Below, piece by piece: positions 30,154-38,785 of a DNA stretch of 64,000 bases; positions within the stretch are counted from its first letter, which is position 1; each line of letters begins with the position of its first letter. Source of the stretch: a virus; the IMG/VR virus record IMGVR_UViG_3300005530_000004, positions 1 through 64,000 of that record. One strand, given 5' to 3'. The position numbers were made by a program, and so were the translations under genes. The notes beneath the pieces were generated by a model. It worked only from the letters and a program-made list of their open reading frames with translations. It did no database searches and was not told the DNA's origin.

Positions 30154-31872
30154 ATGCCTCTTGCAGAAGACCTAAAAAAACTGTCTGGTCAAAATAAAAA
30201 TAATTACATAAAGACAGAGACATTCAATGCGATAGTAGATGCTTTAAAAGAAAATACATTAAATCAACCCGGATATGGATATTCAGGAAATAAAGCTGCC
30301 ACCAGACAAAAGTCTAAAGGTAGAAGCTATTTCTTTTTTACTGCCGATGAAAGTCTACCTTTTAGAAGTATATTTGGAGCAGGGGAATTTTTTGAGTTCA
30401 ATGATCCACCTATAATAAATGCAATAAATATAGGTGATTATGGTATCACATTTAATTTATTTACAAATATTCTACCATTTAATTTAACCGATATATATGG
30501 ATTATGCAGGCCAATAGGCTATTATGAACCAGTATTATTAAATGTAACTGATGAAGAACATTTTCCTACTGTTGGAATGCCTTGCGGGCCAGATAGAAAC
30601 CCTGAACAATGGGGAATATCTGCTGCGTCTTTCGGTTTAATTTGTATTTCTCCGCCAGGAGTTGATCCTGATAATGAAAATAATGTTTGGTGTGTAAGAA
30701 CAAATGATCCTGCAAGCGTGATAGGGACAATATTTGAAACAGACGTTCCTGCTTTTGATCCAGCATCCGATCTTCTTGGTCAAGGAAGCATAATATTACA
30801 ATATAGAAATAGTTCAGGACAACTAGAAAATGCCACTGGACCTGATGGTGAACAATTAACTCTTCCTGTTTACAATGCTTCTGCAAGCTCTGTATTCAAA
30901 GCAAATACGCTCGTTAAATGTATTTGCGTAATAGGTGTTGGATTAGTAATAATTGATTCTAGCAACCTTGTTTGGGGTAGAGCAGATGATAACATACCAC
31001 ATTTTTCATCTGGAAAAGTAAATGTATATAGAGGAATTCCTGGAAATGAATCATTAGATGGGGAAGCAACACCATATATGTCTTTTAACCACCTTGCAGA
31101 AGTGGTTAAAGATGAATGGTGTTTTTTAACATCTACTGGAGATAAAAACATACCATATTATATTGTTCAAAACGAATATAATGGTATGGTGCTTGGTAAA
31201 ATAAATACAGATGCTAGGGCACCAGATGATGTTTCTTCCGAAACAGTAAATATTTATGGTGGACAACCGGGAGCAGAAGTAAGTTTTTCTACAAGTGTTA
31301 AAGCAAGACTTAAAAATATATTTGGTGCGATAACAAAAAATTCTTGGACAATATCAACTTTTCTTGGCCCTGATGCAGAAGCAAATCATGGTGGATGGTA
31401 TATAACTGCAGCGCAGCGTGGTAATCTTTATACCGGAAAAATAAAAACTGGTCAAGCAGATCAGTCAACTCAATGGCTAAATGTTGGAACTAAAATAAAA
31501 GTAAGATTATATACTGGAGACAAAAATCAAACAGATTCAGGATTAGATGTTGATGCTTTAGTTTGGTTTGCACCATTATTAGAAAATGAATGGGTGCAAT
31601 TAGAATGGAACGGAGATATATTTGTAATAACTAAAGCAGAACTAGATGGTGGATTTTATGCTAAAGTAGTATTTGACATAGAAAAACAAGGAGTTGGATA
31701 TATTAATGTTACACAAGCAACAATAAGTCAAGGGCAAGGGGTTGGTCATGGTACTTCTGTAAACGTAGATGGATTACAAGTATTTTCTGCTTTAGGTAAA
31801 GTAAAAACCGATAAATTAGTGTGGATAAGTAGAAATAGTTGTGGATTCTTTTTAATCTCTTCTGAATGCTAA
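30154..31872 (+). CDS. tail protein with ~75-80 aa internal repeats
   Basis: repeated GK...V.VY.G..G.E units; ends FFLISSEC. Confidence 0.65.
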   Translation: MPLAEDLKKLSGQNKNNYIKTETFNAIVDALKENTLNQPGYGYSGNKAATRQKSKGRSYFFFTADESLPFRSIFGAGEFFEFNDPPIINAINIGDYGITFNLFTNILPFNLTDIYGLCRPIGYYEPVLLNVTDEEHFPTVGMPCGPDRNPEQWGISAASFGLICISPPGVDPDNENNVWCVRTNDPASVIGTIFETDVPAFDPASDLLGQGSIILQYRNSSGQLENATGPDGEQLTLPVYNASASSVFKANTLVKCICVIGVGLVIIDSSNLVWGRADDNIPHFSSGKVNVYRGIPGNESLDGEATPYMSFNHLAEVVKDEWCFLTSTGDKNIPYYIVQNEYNGMVLGKINTDARAPDDVSSETVNIYGGQPGAEVSFSTSVKARLKNIFGAITKNSWTISTFLGPDAEANHGGWYITAAQRGNLYTGKIKTGQADQSTQWLNVGTKIKVRLYTGDKNQTDSGLDVDALVWFAPLLENEWVQLEWNGDIFVITKAELDGGFYAKVVFDIEKQGVGYINVTQATISQGQGVGHGTSVNVDGLQVFSALGKVKTDKLVWISRNSCGFFLISSEC

Positions 31873-31884
31873 AATATAAATAAA

Positions 31885-32367
31885 ATGGGAATACGCTTTT
31901 CTCCAGGATGTGAATGTTGTTATTCATACGTGGCATATGTTAAAGGTATAAATATATTTGGTGGAACAATAACTTTCGGTATTGCTGGGTTTATTCCTCT
32001 TGAATTTGTGTTTGTGACGGGCAATGGAACGTATGGGGTACTAGTTAGTAACGAAGATTTATCTTTTGACGTAGCGACAAACCCTGTATTTACTCCAAAT
32101 AATCTCGGGTTGCCAATAATTGCACCAAATCAGGTACAAATAAAAGGATATAATCAATTTCTTCCATCATTGGATACTCCTGGAACATATAAATTAGTTT
32201 TTGGTGGGACTATTGGATTTACTGCCACTGTAGATTTTGGACTATATCTTTTGAGCGGAAGTCGTGGCTCGTGGAATATTATCGGACATAAAATAAAAAC
32301 AGTTACAGATGTCTATGAAAATATGAACGCAACATTCAATATTGATGCAAACGGTGTGATAACTTAG
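31885..32367 (+). CDS. tail tip/receptor-binding candidate
   Basis: N-terminal FSPGCECC; last gene of the tail module. Confidence 0.55.
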   Translation: MGIRFSPGCECCYSYVAYVKGINIFGGTITFGIAGFIPLEFVFVTGNGTYGVLVSNEDLSFDVATNPVFTPNNLGLPIIAPNQVQIKGYNQFLPSLDTPGTYKLVFGGTIGFTATVDFGLYLLSGSRGSWNIIGHKIKTVTDVYENMNATFNIDANGVIT

Positions 32368-32522
32368 TACAATAATTTAATTATTAAAATGCCAATAAAT
32401 AATAATTATTTAGCTCCTACTGTCCATCCGTCCACCTATCGCCGTCGTCGCCTAGGACGTTCGCCTAGGCGTCGATCCGATGGACACCTAACCATCGGCC
32501 CTACCTAGACTTAGCTCGCCTA

Positions 32523-32560
32523 TTGACGCCGTAGGGACTGACAGTATATACTGTCAGTCC
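32523..32560 (+). promoter_or_regulatory. sigma70-like promoter overlapped by a perfect 26-bp palindrome
   Basis: TTGACG-18-TATACT; GGACTGACAGTATATACTGTCAGTCC at 32535-32560. Confidence 0.65.
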
Positions 32561-32722
32561 GCCGAGCCATGCGGACTGCCCCCTAGGCCGACCAGCACAG
32601 CGCAGCAAGGCAAAACAATAAATATCTAACAATAAAATAACCTTCTCAACTCTTTTCTCTCGATTTCCCCATTGCTTCTTTTTCACCGCAGAAATATCTA
32701 ATAAATTTTCTGCCACAATAAA

Positions 32723-34933
32723 ATGATTGAACCACTCTCTGAAAAAACTGCTTTAATTTTTTCTCCGATTGAATTCTTGGAGACTGATCGTTTAGCAATT
32801 TCACTATCCAATAAACCAGATAAAGATGGATATGCAAATTTTGTCGTAAATATCTACGGAGCAACAATCTCCGAAGAAGAGTTTAGATCAAATTATAAAA
32901 ACCATTATTCAAATCAATGGTTGCCGAACGAAAAAACATATCTATATTATGCTCGACCATCGTATGCCGCAATTCACGATTTTCCGTTAAGAATTCCTGA
33001 AAGAAAGAAACTTTCCGATGCTGCAAATTATCGCGGCGAAAGATATGAGTTTGCAGCAACAGATATTACTGCAAGCATCATTTATAAGCTGTGGAAACCA
33101 GAACAACTAGCATTCAAAGATAATGACGCCAAGATTCTATATCAATATTTACTGGCATCATCTGCAAGGATGTCAGAAAATGCTAAGATTTCCGCAAACT
33201 ATAAAACCGTTAAAGAGGAGATGGACAAGGAATTAGAAAAAGTAAAACTAGAAAATCCTGGGCTTGTTAATGGTGAACTTCATAAAGTAAAAGAAGAGTT
33301 GCAAAATAAATATTTTGATAGATTGGTTCCAAAGTCGAATAAACAAGATTCTAAGCCGCTGCAATTCTGCGCGGAACGTCCATTAGCCCCTTATCAACAA
33401 GTTGTTCTTTATTTGAACAATAATAATGAAGGCTTTGGAAGTTTCATGGAGCAAGGGACTGGAAAAACTCCGCCGTCCATTGCAAATATTGATAATCTTG
33501 CCTTAGAAAAATGGGAAAAAGAAGGTAAGATTCTCAAAGTCCTTATTTGCTGCCCAAATAATGTTAGGGCAAATTGGCAAAATGAATTTCAAAATTTCAG
33601 TACAGTAGATGGTCGCGTTACAATTTTGCGCGGCGATGAAATGAATCGCATTAAATGTTTCTTTGAAGCATTTATGCACATTAAAGAAGAAAAGTATACT
33701 GTACTGATTGCTGGATATGATATTGTGCAAAGATTCAGTGCATTATTTGACTTTCCACAATTCATGGATGGCGATGATAAATGGGATGTAGTTATCTGCG
33801 ACGAAGCCCATTATTTCAAAGACCCAAAAACAAAGAGATGGGAAAAAGGTTTAATCAAAGTACGCGACCGCGCAAAAAGAAGATATGTATTAACCGGAAC
33901 TCCGGTTTGCAATAGTGTAAATGATCTTTGGTCGCAATTGGAATTCATCAGAAAAGGTGGAAGTGGTTTTGTTAATTTTAAGAATTTCCAAGACTTCTAT
34001 TCTGTTTATGATGAATTTTCAAGAACTGTAGAATATCAAAACCTTCCGTTCATTCAGGAAAGATTGGCAATGATGTCTTTCTTTATTTCTAAGAAAGAAG
34101 CGCTGCCAGATTTACCTGAAAAGGTTTATGATATTATCGAAGTTGAAATGACAAGTAAGCAAGCTTTGGTTTATCAAAAGATTGAAACCGAACTTCAATA
34201 TAAGATCGAACAAGAGCTTGCAGCGTCTGCTAATTCAGATGGTAAAAATGATGCAATGACTGTCAATAATATTTTGACACAATTGCTTAGACTTGCTCAA
34301 ATTACTTCTGGTTTTATTACATATGATGAAGTGTGCGATTTCGACGGTACAGTAATTAAACCGAAAAGAATTGAAAGGTTTAATGAACAACCTAAAATCG
34401 ACGCTACAATGGAATTGCTTGCAGCAAGAAAGCCGGAAGAGAAAACTTTAATTTGGGCTTGCTTTCAATCAGATATTCATGCTCTGCAAGATGCTGTAGA
34501 ACAAGCTGGTTATAAATATGTAATGTTTTATGGTGAGACAAGCGAATCACAAAGAACAGAGGCAGAATATTTATTTAACCACAATGATGAATACACTGTA
34601 TTTATTGGAAATGCTGCTGCTGGTGGAACTGGATTAAATCTTCTTGGCTATCCGCCACAACATCCAGAAGAATCTGAGTCTAATGTAACAATGGAAATAT
34701 TCTTTTCACAAAATTGGTCAGCAGTTTATCGTGCGCAAGCGGAAGATCGTGCGCATCGTCGCGGAACTAGAACAAATGTAAGAATTGTAGACTTACAAGT
34801 TCCAGCAACTATTGACCAAGAAATTCGCAAAAGAGTAATTGATAAGCGGCAATCAGCTTATGAAATTGCAGACCTAAAAGAAGTGTTGAGAGGAATATTG
34901 AATCCGAATTCTATTGCTGGATTGTTGACATGA
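32723..34933 (+). CDS. SNF2-family (SF2) helicase
   Basis: MEQGTGKT, ICDEAH, LTGTPV, GGTGLNL, QAEDRAHRRG. Confidence 0.95.
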   Translation: MIEPLSEKTALIFSPIEFLETDRLAISLSNKPDKDGYANFVVNIYGATISEEEFRSNYKNHYSNQWLPNEKTYLYYARPSYAAIHDFPLRIPERKKLSDAANYRGERYEFAATDITASIIYKLWKPEQLAFKDNDAKILYQYLLASSARMSENAKISANYKTVKEEMDKELEKVKLENPGLVNGELHKVKEELQNKYFDRLVPKSNKQDSKPLQFCAERPLAPYQQVVLYLNNNNEGFGSFMEQGTGKTPPSIANIDNLALEKWEKEGKILKVLICCPNNVRANWQNEFQNFSTVDGRVTILRGDEMNRIKCFFEAFMHIKEEKYTVLIAGYDIVQRFSALFDFPQFMDGDDKWDVVICDEAHYFKDPKTKRWEKGLIKVRDRAKRRYVLTGTPVCNSVNDLWSQLEFIRKGGSGFVNFKNFQDFYSVYDEFSRTVEYQNLPFIQERLAMMSFFISKKEALPDLPEKVYDIIEVEMTSKQALVYQKIETELQYKIEQELAASANSDGKNDAMTVNNILTQLLRLAQITSGFITYDEVCDFDGTVIKPKRIERFNEQPKIDATMELLAARKPEEKTLIWACFQSDIHALQDAVEQAGYKYVMFYGETSESQRTEAEYLFNHNDEYTVFIGNAAAGGTGLNLLGYPPQHPEESESNVTMEIFFSQNWSAVYRAQAEDRAHRRGTRTNVRIVDLQVPATIDQEIRKRVIDKRQSAYEIADLKEVLRGILNPNSIAGLLT

Positions 34934-35166
34934 ATAAAACACCATTCTTGAAATTTATACTGGATGGTACTAGTGAAAGTGGTAAAACAAATAGATACCA
35001 TGTTTATTCAAATATAAACAGTTCTTTTCTTGGAACAATTAAATGGTATTCTAATTGGCGAAGATATATATTTTGTTCTGATATGGGTACTGTATTTGAT
35101 GCAACTTGCTTAGATGAAATATCGGATTTCCTAAAGAAATTGATGTGTGAAAGAAATAAGAGATAA
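34930..35166 (+). CDS. hypothetical phage protein
   Basis: GKT..LGTIKWYSNWRRYIF..FDATCL pattern. Confidence 0.7.
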   Translation: MNKTPFLKFILDGTSESGKTNRYHVYSNINSSFLGTIKWYSNWRRYIFCSDMGTVFDATCLDEISDFLKKLMCERNKR

Positions 35167-35171
35167 ATAAA

Positions 35172-35603
35172 ATGGGATGCGACATACATCTACATATCGA
35201 AATTAAAATAAATAACGAATGGCATCATTATAATCATCCAAATGGATTATATGCCGGAACAGAAAATAGAAGAAACTATAAGTTATTTGCTAAGATGGCT
35301 GGCGTAAGAAATTATGAACCACTAGTTCCAATTTGTCAACCTAAAGGTTTACCAGAAGATATAACATTTATTACAAGGTTTGATTGGTCTAAAGATAATT
35401 ATCACGATGAAAGTTGGTTCAATTTAGAAGAAATAAGAGAATTAAATGAATGGTGGGAAGAACAGCCAGAATTCAATCCACAAAATCCAGAATCTCATTT
35501 TGAAGAATATTTTGGGTACTTATTTGGAAATGTGCACTGCGAAGAAACTTTAAAATTAAATAATATTCAAGATGTAAGATTTGTGTTCTGGTTTGATAAT
35601 TAA
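35172..35603 (+). CDS. conserved hypothetical phage protein
   Basis: MGCDIH..RNYKLFAKMAGVRN..KGLPED..RFVFWFDN. Confidence 0.8.
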   Translation: MGCDIHLHIEIKINNEWHHYNHPNGLYAGTENRRNYKLFAKMAGVRNYEPLVPICQPKGLPEDITFITRFDWSKDNYHDESWFNLEEIRELNEWWEEQPEFNPQNPESHFEEYFGYLFGNVHCEETLKLNNIQDVRFVFWFDN

Positions 35604-35614
35604 GATGTATTCTT

Positions 35615-35688
35615 GGAGCCGTAACTCAATTGGTTAGAGTAGGAAACTCATAATTTCTTAGTTGCAGGTTCGAGTCCTGCCGGCTCTA
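35615..35688 (+). tRNA. tRNA with CAT anticodon (probably Ile2/lysidine type; Met not excluded)
   Basis: acceptor GGAGCCG/CGGCTCT, anticodon arm GGAAA-CTCATAA-TTTCT, T-arm GCAGG-TTCGAGT-CCTGC; no encoded CCA. Confidence 0.9.
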
Positions 35689-35717
35689 TTTAACGTGTTA
35701 ACCAGAAAAGCAGAGAA

Positions 35718-36155
35718 GTGGTAAATAAAATGTCAACTGATAATATGGCCAATCAACCAGATAATCTGGAGCAACAGCAGCAACAAATACAGCAATCAAT
35801 ACCAAAACATTCTAGCCGTGTATTTATGCTGGAACAATCTCAAAATGTAGATGTAGTGCCAGCATTTCAATACGGACCAATAATTCCATTATTTAAAAGT
35901 ACAACAATTGATAGGAACAATAAAAGTGAAAAGAAAATAGATCGACCATCAATGTGGCATACAGAGGAATTTGCCGATGAAATAATAAAGAAACTAGAAG
36001 AACACAACTATAATCCAGAAACTGATTATCTACTAGTAGCTGGTCACGTTGTACCATTAATAATATTTACTTGTACAGTAGTTTCTCAATGGGAGAATGT
36101 ACAAGTATTATTTTGGTCCAGCGGCTTTCAGAAGTATGTTGTTCGTAGATTGTAG
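35718..36155 (+). CDS. hypothetical phage protein
   Basis: PAFQYG..YNPETDYLLVAG..LFWS pattern. Confidence 0.7.
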   Translation: MVNKMSTDNMANQPDNLEQQQQQIQQSIPKHSSRVFMLEQSQNVDVVPAFQYGPIIPLFKSTTIDRNNKSEKKIDRPSMWHTEEFADEIIKKLEEHNYNPETDYLLVAGHVVPLIIFTCTVVSQWENVQVLFWSSGFQKYVVRRL

Positions 36156-36210
36156 TGTTTGTTGTTTACGTTTTGTCTACTTTCGTTCACCTTTTGTTGG
36201 AGAAATAAAA

Positions 36211-36678
36211 ATGGCTAAAAATCGCGATGAAGTTAAAAGTATCGTAGATGAATTCTTCAATTTGCTTTACAATCTAAATGATCTTCCAAATATCAGAAGC
36301 ATTAGCTGCCTTGTTTCTGATATTGCAGACGTTGAATCAAAAGAAGAATTTCAAGACTTAATCAATGAATCAATTACATTACTATTAGATGAAGATGAAT
36401 TAGACGATGAAGATGAAGATGAAGATGAAGATGAAGAATTAGACGATGAAGATGAAGATGAAGATGAAGATGAAGATGAAGATGAAGATGAAGAATTAGA
36501 CGATGAAGAATTAGACGATGAAGATGAAGAATTAGACGATGAAGATGAAGATGAAGATGAAGATGAAGATGAAGATGATGAATTAGAAGACGACGAAGAT
36601 GATAGTCTCGATGTAGATAATCTTGATAAACTTGACGAAGAACTAACTCAACTTGAAGATGTAAATAAGAAACTGTAG
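36211..36678 (+). CDS. highly acidic protein with a long D/E tract
   Basis: GGAG RBS before ATG 36211; (GATGAA)n low-complexity tract. Confidence 0.7.
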   Translation: MAKNRDEVKSIVDEFFNLLYNLNDLPNIRSISCLVSDIADVESKEEFQDLINESITLLLDEDELDDEDEDEDEDEELDDEDEDEDEDEDEDEDEELDDEELDDEDEELDDEDEDEDEDEDEDDELEDDEDDSLDVDNLDKLDEELTQLEDVNKKL

Positions 36679-36718
36679 TAAATAAGAGGTTACTACATAA
36701 CAAACTGGATACAATAAA

Positions 36719-37366
36719 ATGAAAGAGTCTGCAAAAACATTATTTAGGAATGTAAAAGAATCCCATGAGATAATCTATAAATGCATGTCTGAACTCAGAC
36801 AAGAAGTGGAGAAATGCAATAACTATGTAGAATTGTGTGATTATGCTTTTGCAGTAGATCAATCACACGAATATGTACAAGATTTAAAAGTAGAATTATG
36901 GAAATTTCGTGAATTCTTGAATAAAAAAGTGGATGAACTTTGGCTGCAAGCCGCCGTAAACGGTGGCTGTAGTTTTCCAAGAAGTATCCACACAGATTAT
37001 GTAACTGCTACACCAGATATTAAACAAGCACCAAATATTCCATCACAAAAATCTGATCCAGAAGCATATAAAAAGCTTATGGATTATTTAAACATTGATG
37101 TTTCAAATTGGCCCGTAAAAGAAGATGGTGGGTTAAGTGAAGTAGTAAAAATTCATTGGCCCGGACTCTGTAACTTAGTTACAGAAAAAATGGCTAAAGG
37201 TTTATCTGCCCCACCAGGAATAGACATTTCTAAATTAACTCCAGTCTTTAAGTTAACACTAAGAAAAAAGAAAGATATATTAGACAAAACCGATTCAGAG
37301 ACTTCTGTTGAAGAGATGAAAGCAGAATTAACAAAATTAGAGAAAGAAATGGAGGACAGATTTTAA
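36719..37366 (+). CDS. hypothetical replication-region protein
   Basis: ORF; N-terminal coiled coil; PPGID motif. Confidence 0.7.
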   Translation: MKESAKTLFRNVKESHEIIYKCMSELRQEVEKCNNYVELCDYAFAVDQSHEYVQDLKVELWKFREFLNKKVDELWLQAAVNGGCSFPRSIHTDYVTATPDIKQAPNIPSQKSDPEAYKKLMDYLNIDVSNWPVKEDGGLSEVVKIHWPGLCNLVTEKMAKGLSAPPGIDISKLTPVFKLTLRKKKDILDKTDSETSVEEMKAELTKLEKEMEDRF

Positions 37367-37414
37367 AAATGGAAAGACGTTGATTAAACGGAAATGCAAT
37401 CGCAACCCGTCAAT

Positions 37415-37478
37415 TTGTTAAGTTGTTAAGTTGTTAAGTTGTTAAGTTGTTACGTTGTTTGAACTTTGAACTTTGAAC
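37415..37478 (+). repeat. tandem repeats (TTGTTAAG)x4-5 and (TTTGAAC)x3
   Basis: direct reading; immediately upstream of the RBS of 37491. Confidence 0.9.
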
Positions 37479-37490
37479 AAGGAAATTGAA

Positions 37491-38441
37491 ATGTCTAAAG
37501 CATCTAATGTTGACAATGTTGAAAGCAATCTCGGATCGGAAAGTCGTGTTGAATCGGCCAATAATGCCAATACTTCTAACACTAATCTTGCGCAAGCATC
37601 TACGCAAAATCTTCCTGCATACTTGCAAAAGCGGCTTGCAGAATCTTCCGGGCAAGCAACAGGAATTCAAAATCTTCAACAATATTGGGTTCCGCCAAGA
37701 TTAAAGATTGTTCAAGCGCAATCTGGGGATCAATATAGAAATGCAGGATTTAAACCTGGAGATATTTTACTGGTTCCAGAAATGTCTTTAATCGCACATT
37801 CTGGAGAACCACTTTGGATTACTCCAATTTTTATGTATACGGATTTTGCTAAATGGAGTCCGTATGGAATGAAAGGTCAAATGCCTGTCATTCAAGAAAG
37901 AACAGTAGATATTGATTCGTATATTGCAAAACGTGCAAGGTCAAAAAAAGAAGAAGATTGGTATGAAATTTGTCCTGATGCACCAAAAGCAAAACAAGGG
38001 GATCAACAATATCAATATAGGTATTGTGAGCATATCAATTTCTTGTGCGTTTTGCGTTTAAACAACAAGTTTCCGGAACATCCTGCAAACAGAAATATTA
38101 ACAATCCGTTCTTGCTTTCTTTTCATCATGCAGGATTTCATGAAGGAAAACAACTTTCAACTCTGATTGTTAATCGGAGAATTGATATTTTTACTGGACA
38201 ATATGAGTTGAAAACGACTGATAAAACAAATAAGAAAGGAACATGGAAAGGATTTGCTGTTACTAATCCAAGTTTTGAATCAGGAATGTCTGGATTCGTA
38301 GAATCTGAACAAGATGCTTTAAATTATGAAGCAATGTACAAAAAGATTCAGGATAAGTTTGCTGCCGATGAAATTCGTCCAGATTACGAAGACGATTCAT
38401 TGGAAGGTGAAGTTGTTTCTGATTCCAAAGGGAAGTTTTAA
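37491..38441 (+). CDS. putative single-stranded DNA-binding protein
   Basis: PPRLKIVQAQS..G.KPGD; TNKKGTWKGF; acidic C-terminus; position before primase. Confidence 0.55.
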   Translation: MSKASNVDNVESNLGSESRVESANNANTSNTNLAQASTQNLPAYLQKRLAESSGQATGIQNLQQYWVPPRLKIVQAQSGDQYRNAGFKPGDILLVPEMSLIAHSGEPLWITPIFMYTDFAKWSPYGMKGQMPVIQERTVDIDSYIAKRARSKKEEDWYEICPDAPKAKQGDQQYQYRYCEHINFLCVLRLNNKFPEHPANRNINNPFLLSFHHAGFHEGKQLSTLIVNRRIDIFTGQYELKTTDKTNKKGTWKGFAVTNPSFESGMSGFVESEQDALNYEAMYKKIQDKFAADEIRPDYEDDSLEGEVVSDSKGKF

Positions 38442-38460
38442 GCTGTATTGATACCCTTAG

Positions 38461-38631
38461 CAATTCCTAGATCAATGTTAATAATACATCTTAGAGGTGG
38501 GCTGTATTTTAACCTCTTGGTCTAGGAATTGTCCTTTTATTTTTTGACTTTAGATTTTCTAGGCCAATGTTAAGCTATTTTAATGCTAGCGCACATATAA
38601 AAATATCTTAACCTCTTGAGCCTAGAAATCT
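38461..38631 (+). other. two tandem related RNA hairpins
   Basis: both contain CAATGTTAA...TTAACCTCTTG closed by CTAG-containing stems (38461-38531, 38552-38631). Confidence 0.7.
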
Positions 38632-38717
38632 GCCGGTGTGGTGGAATTGGAATACACGACAGACTTAAAATCTGTTTGAAGGTAACTTCAATATCGGTTC
38701 GAGTCCGATCATCGGCA
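38632..38717 (+). tRNA. tRNA-Leu(TAA)
   Basis: acceptor GCCGGTG/CATCGGC, anticodon arm ACAGA-CTTAAAA-TCTGT, long variable arm, TTCGAGT T-loop. Confidence 0.92.
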
Positions 38718-38785
38718 TTTGATTACTTGTCGCAAATTAGATTACTTGTCGCCAATCAGTAGACTAGCAATGAAACAAATGTATA

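Noticed and set aside
36374-36703. Minus-strand HL-repeat ORF
   Set aside because: Antisense shadow of the (GATGAA)n acidic tract.
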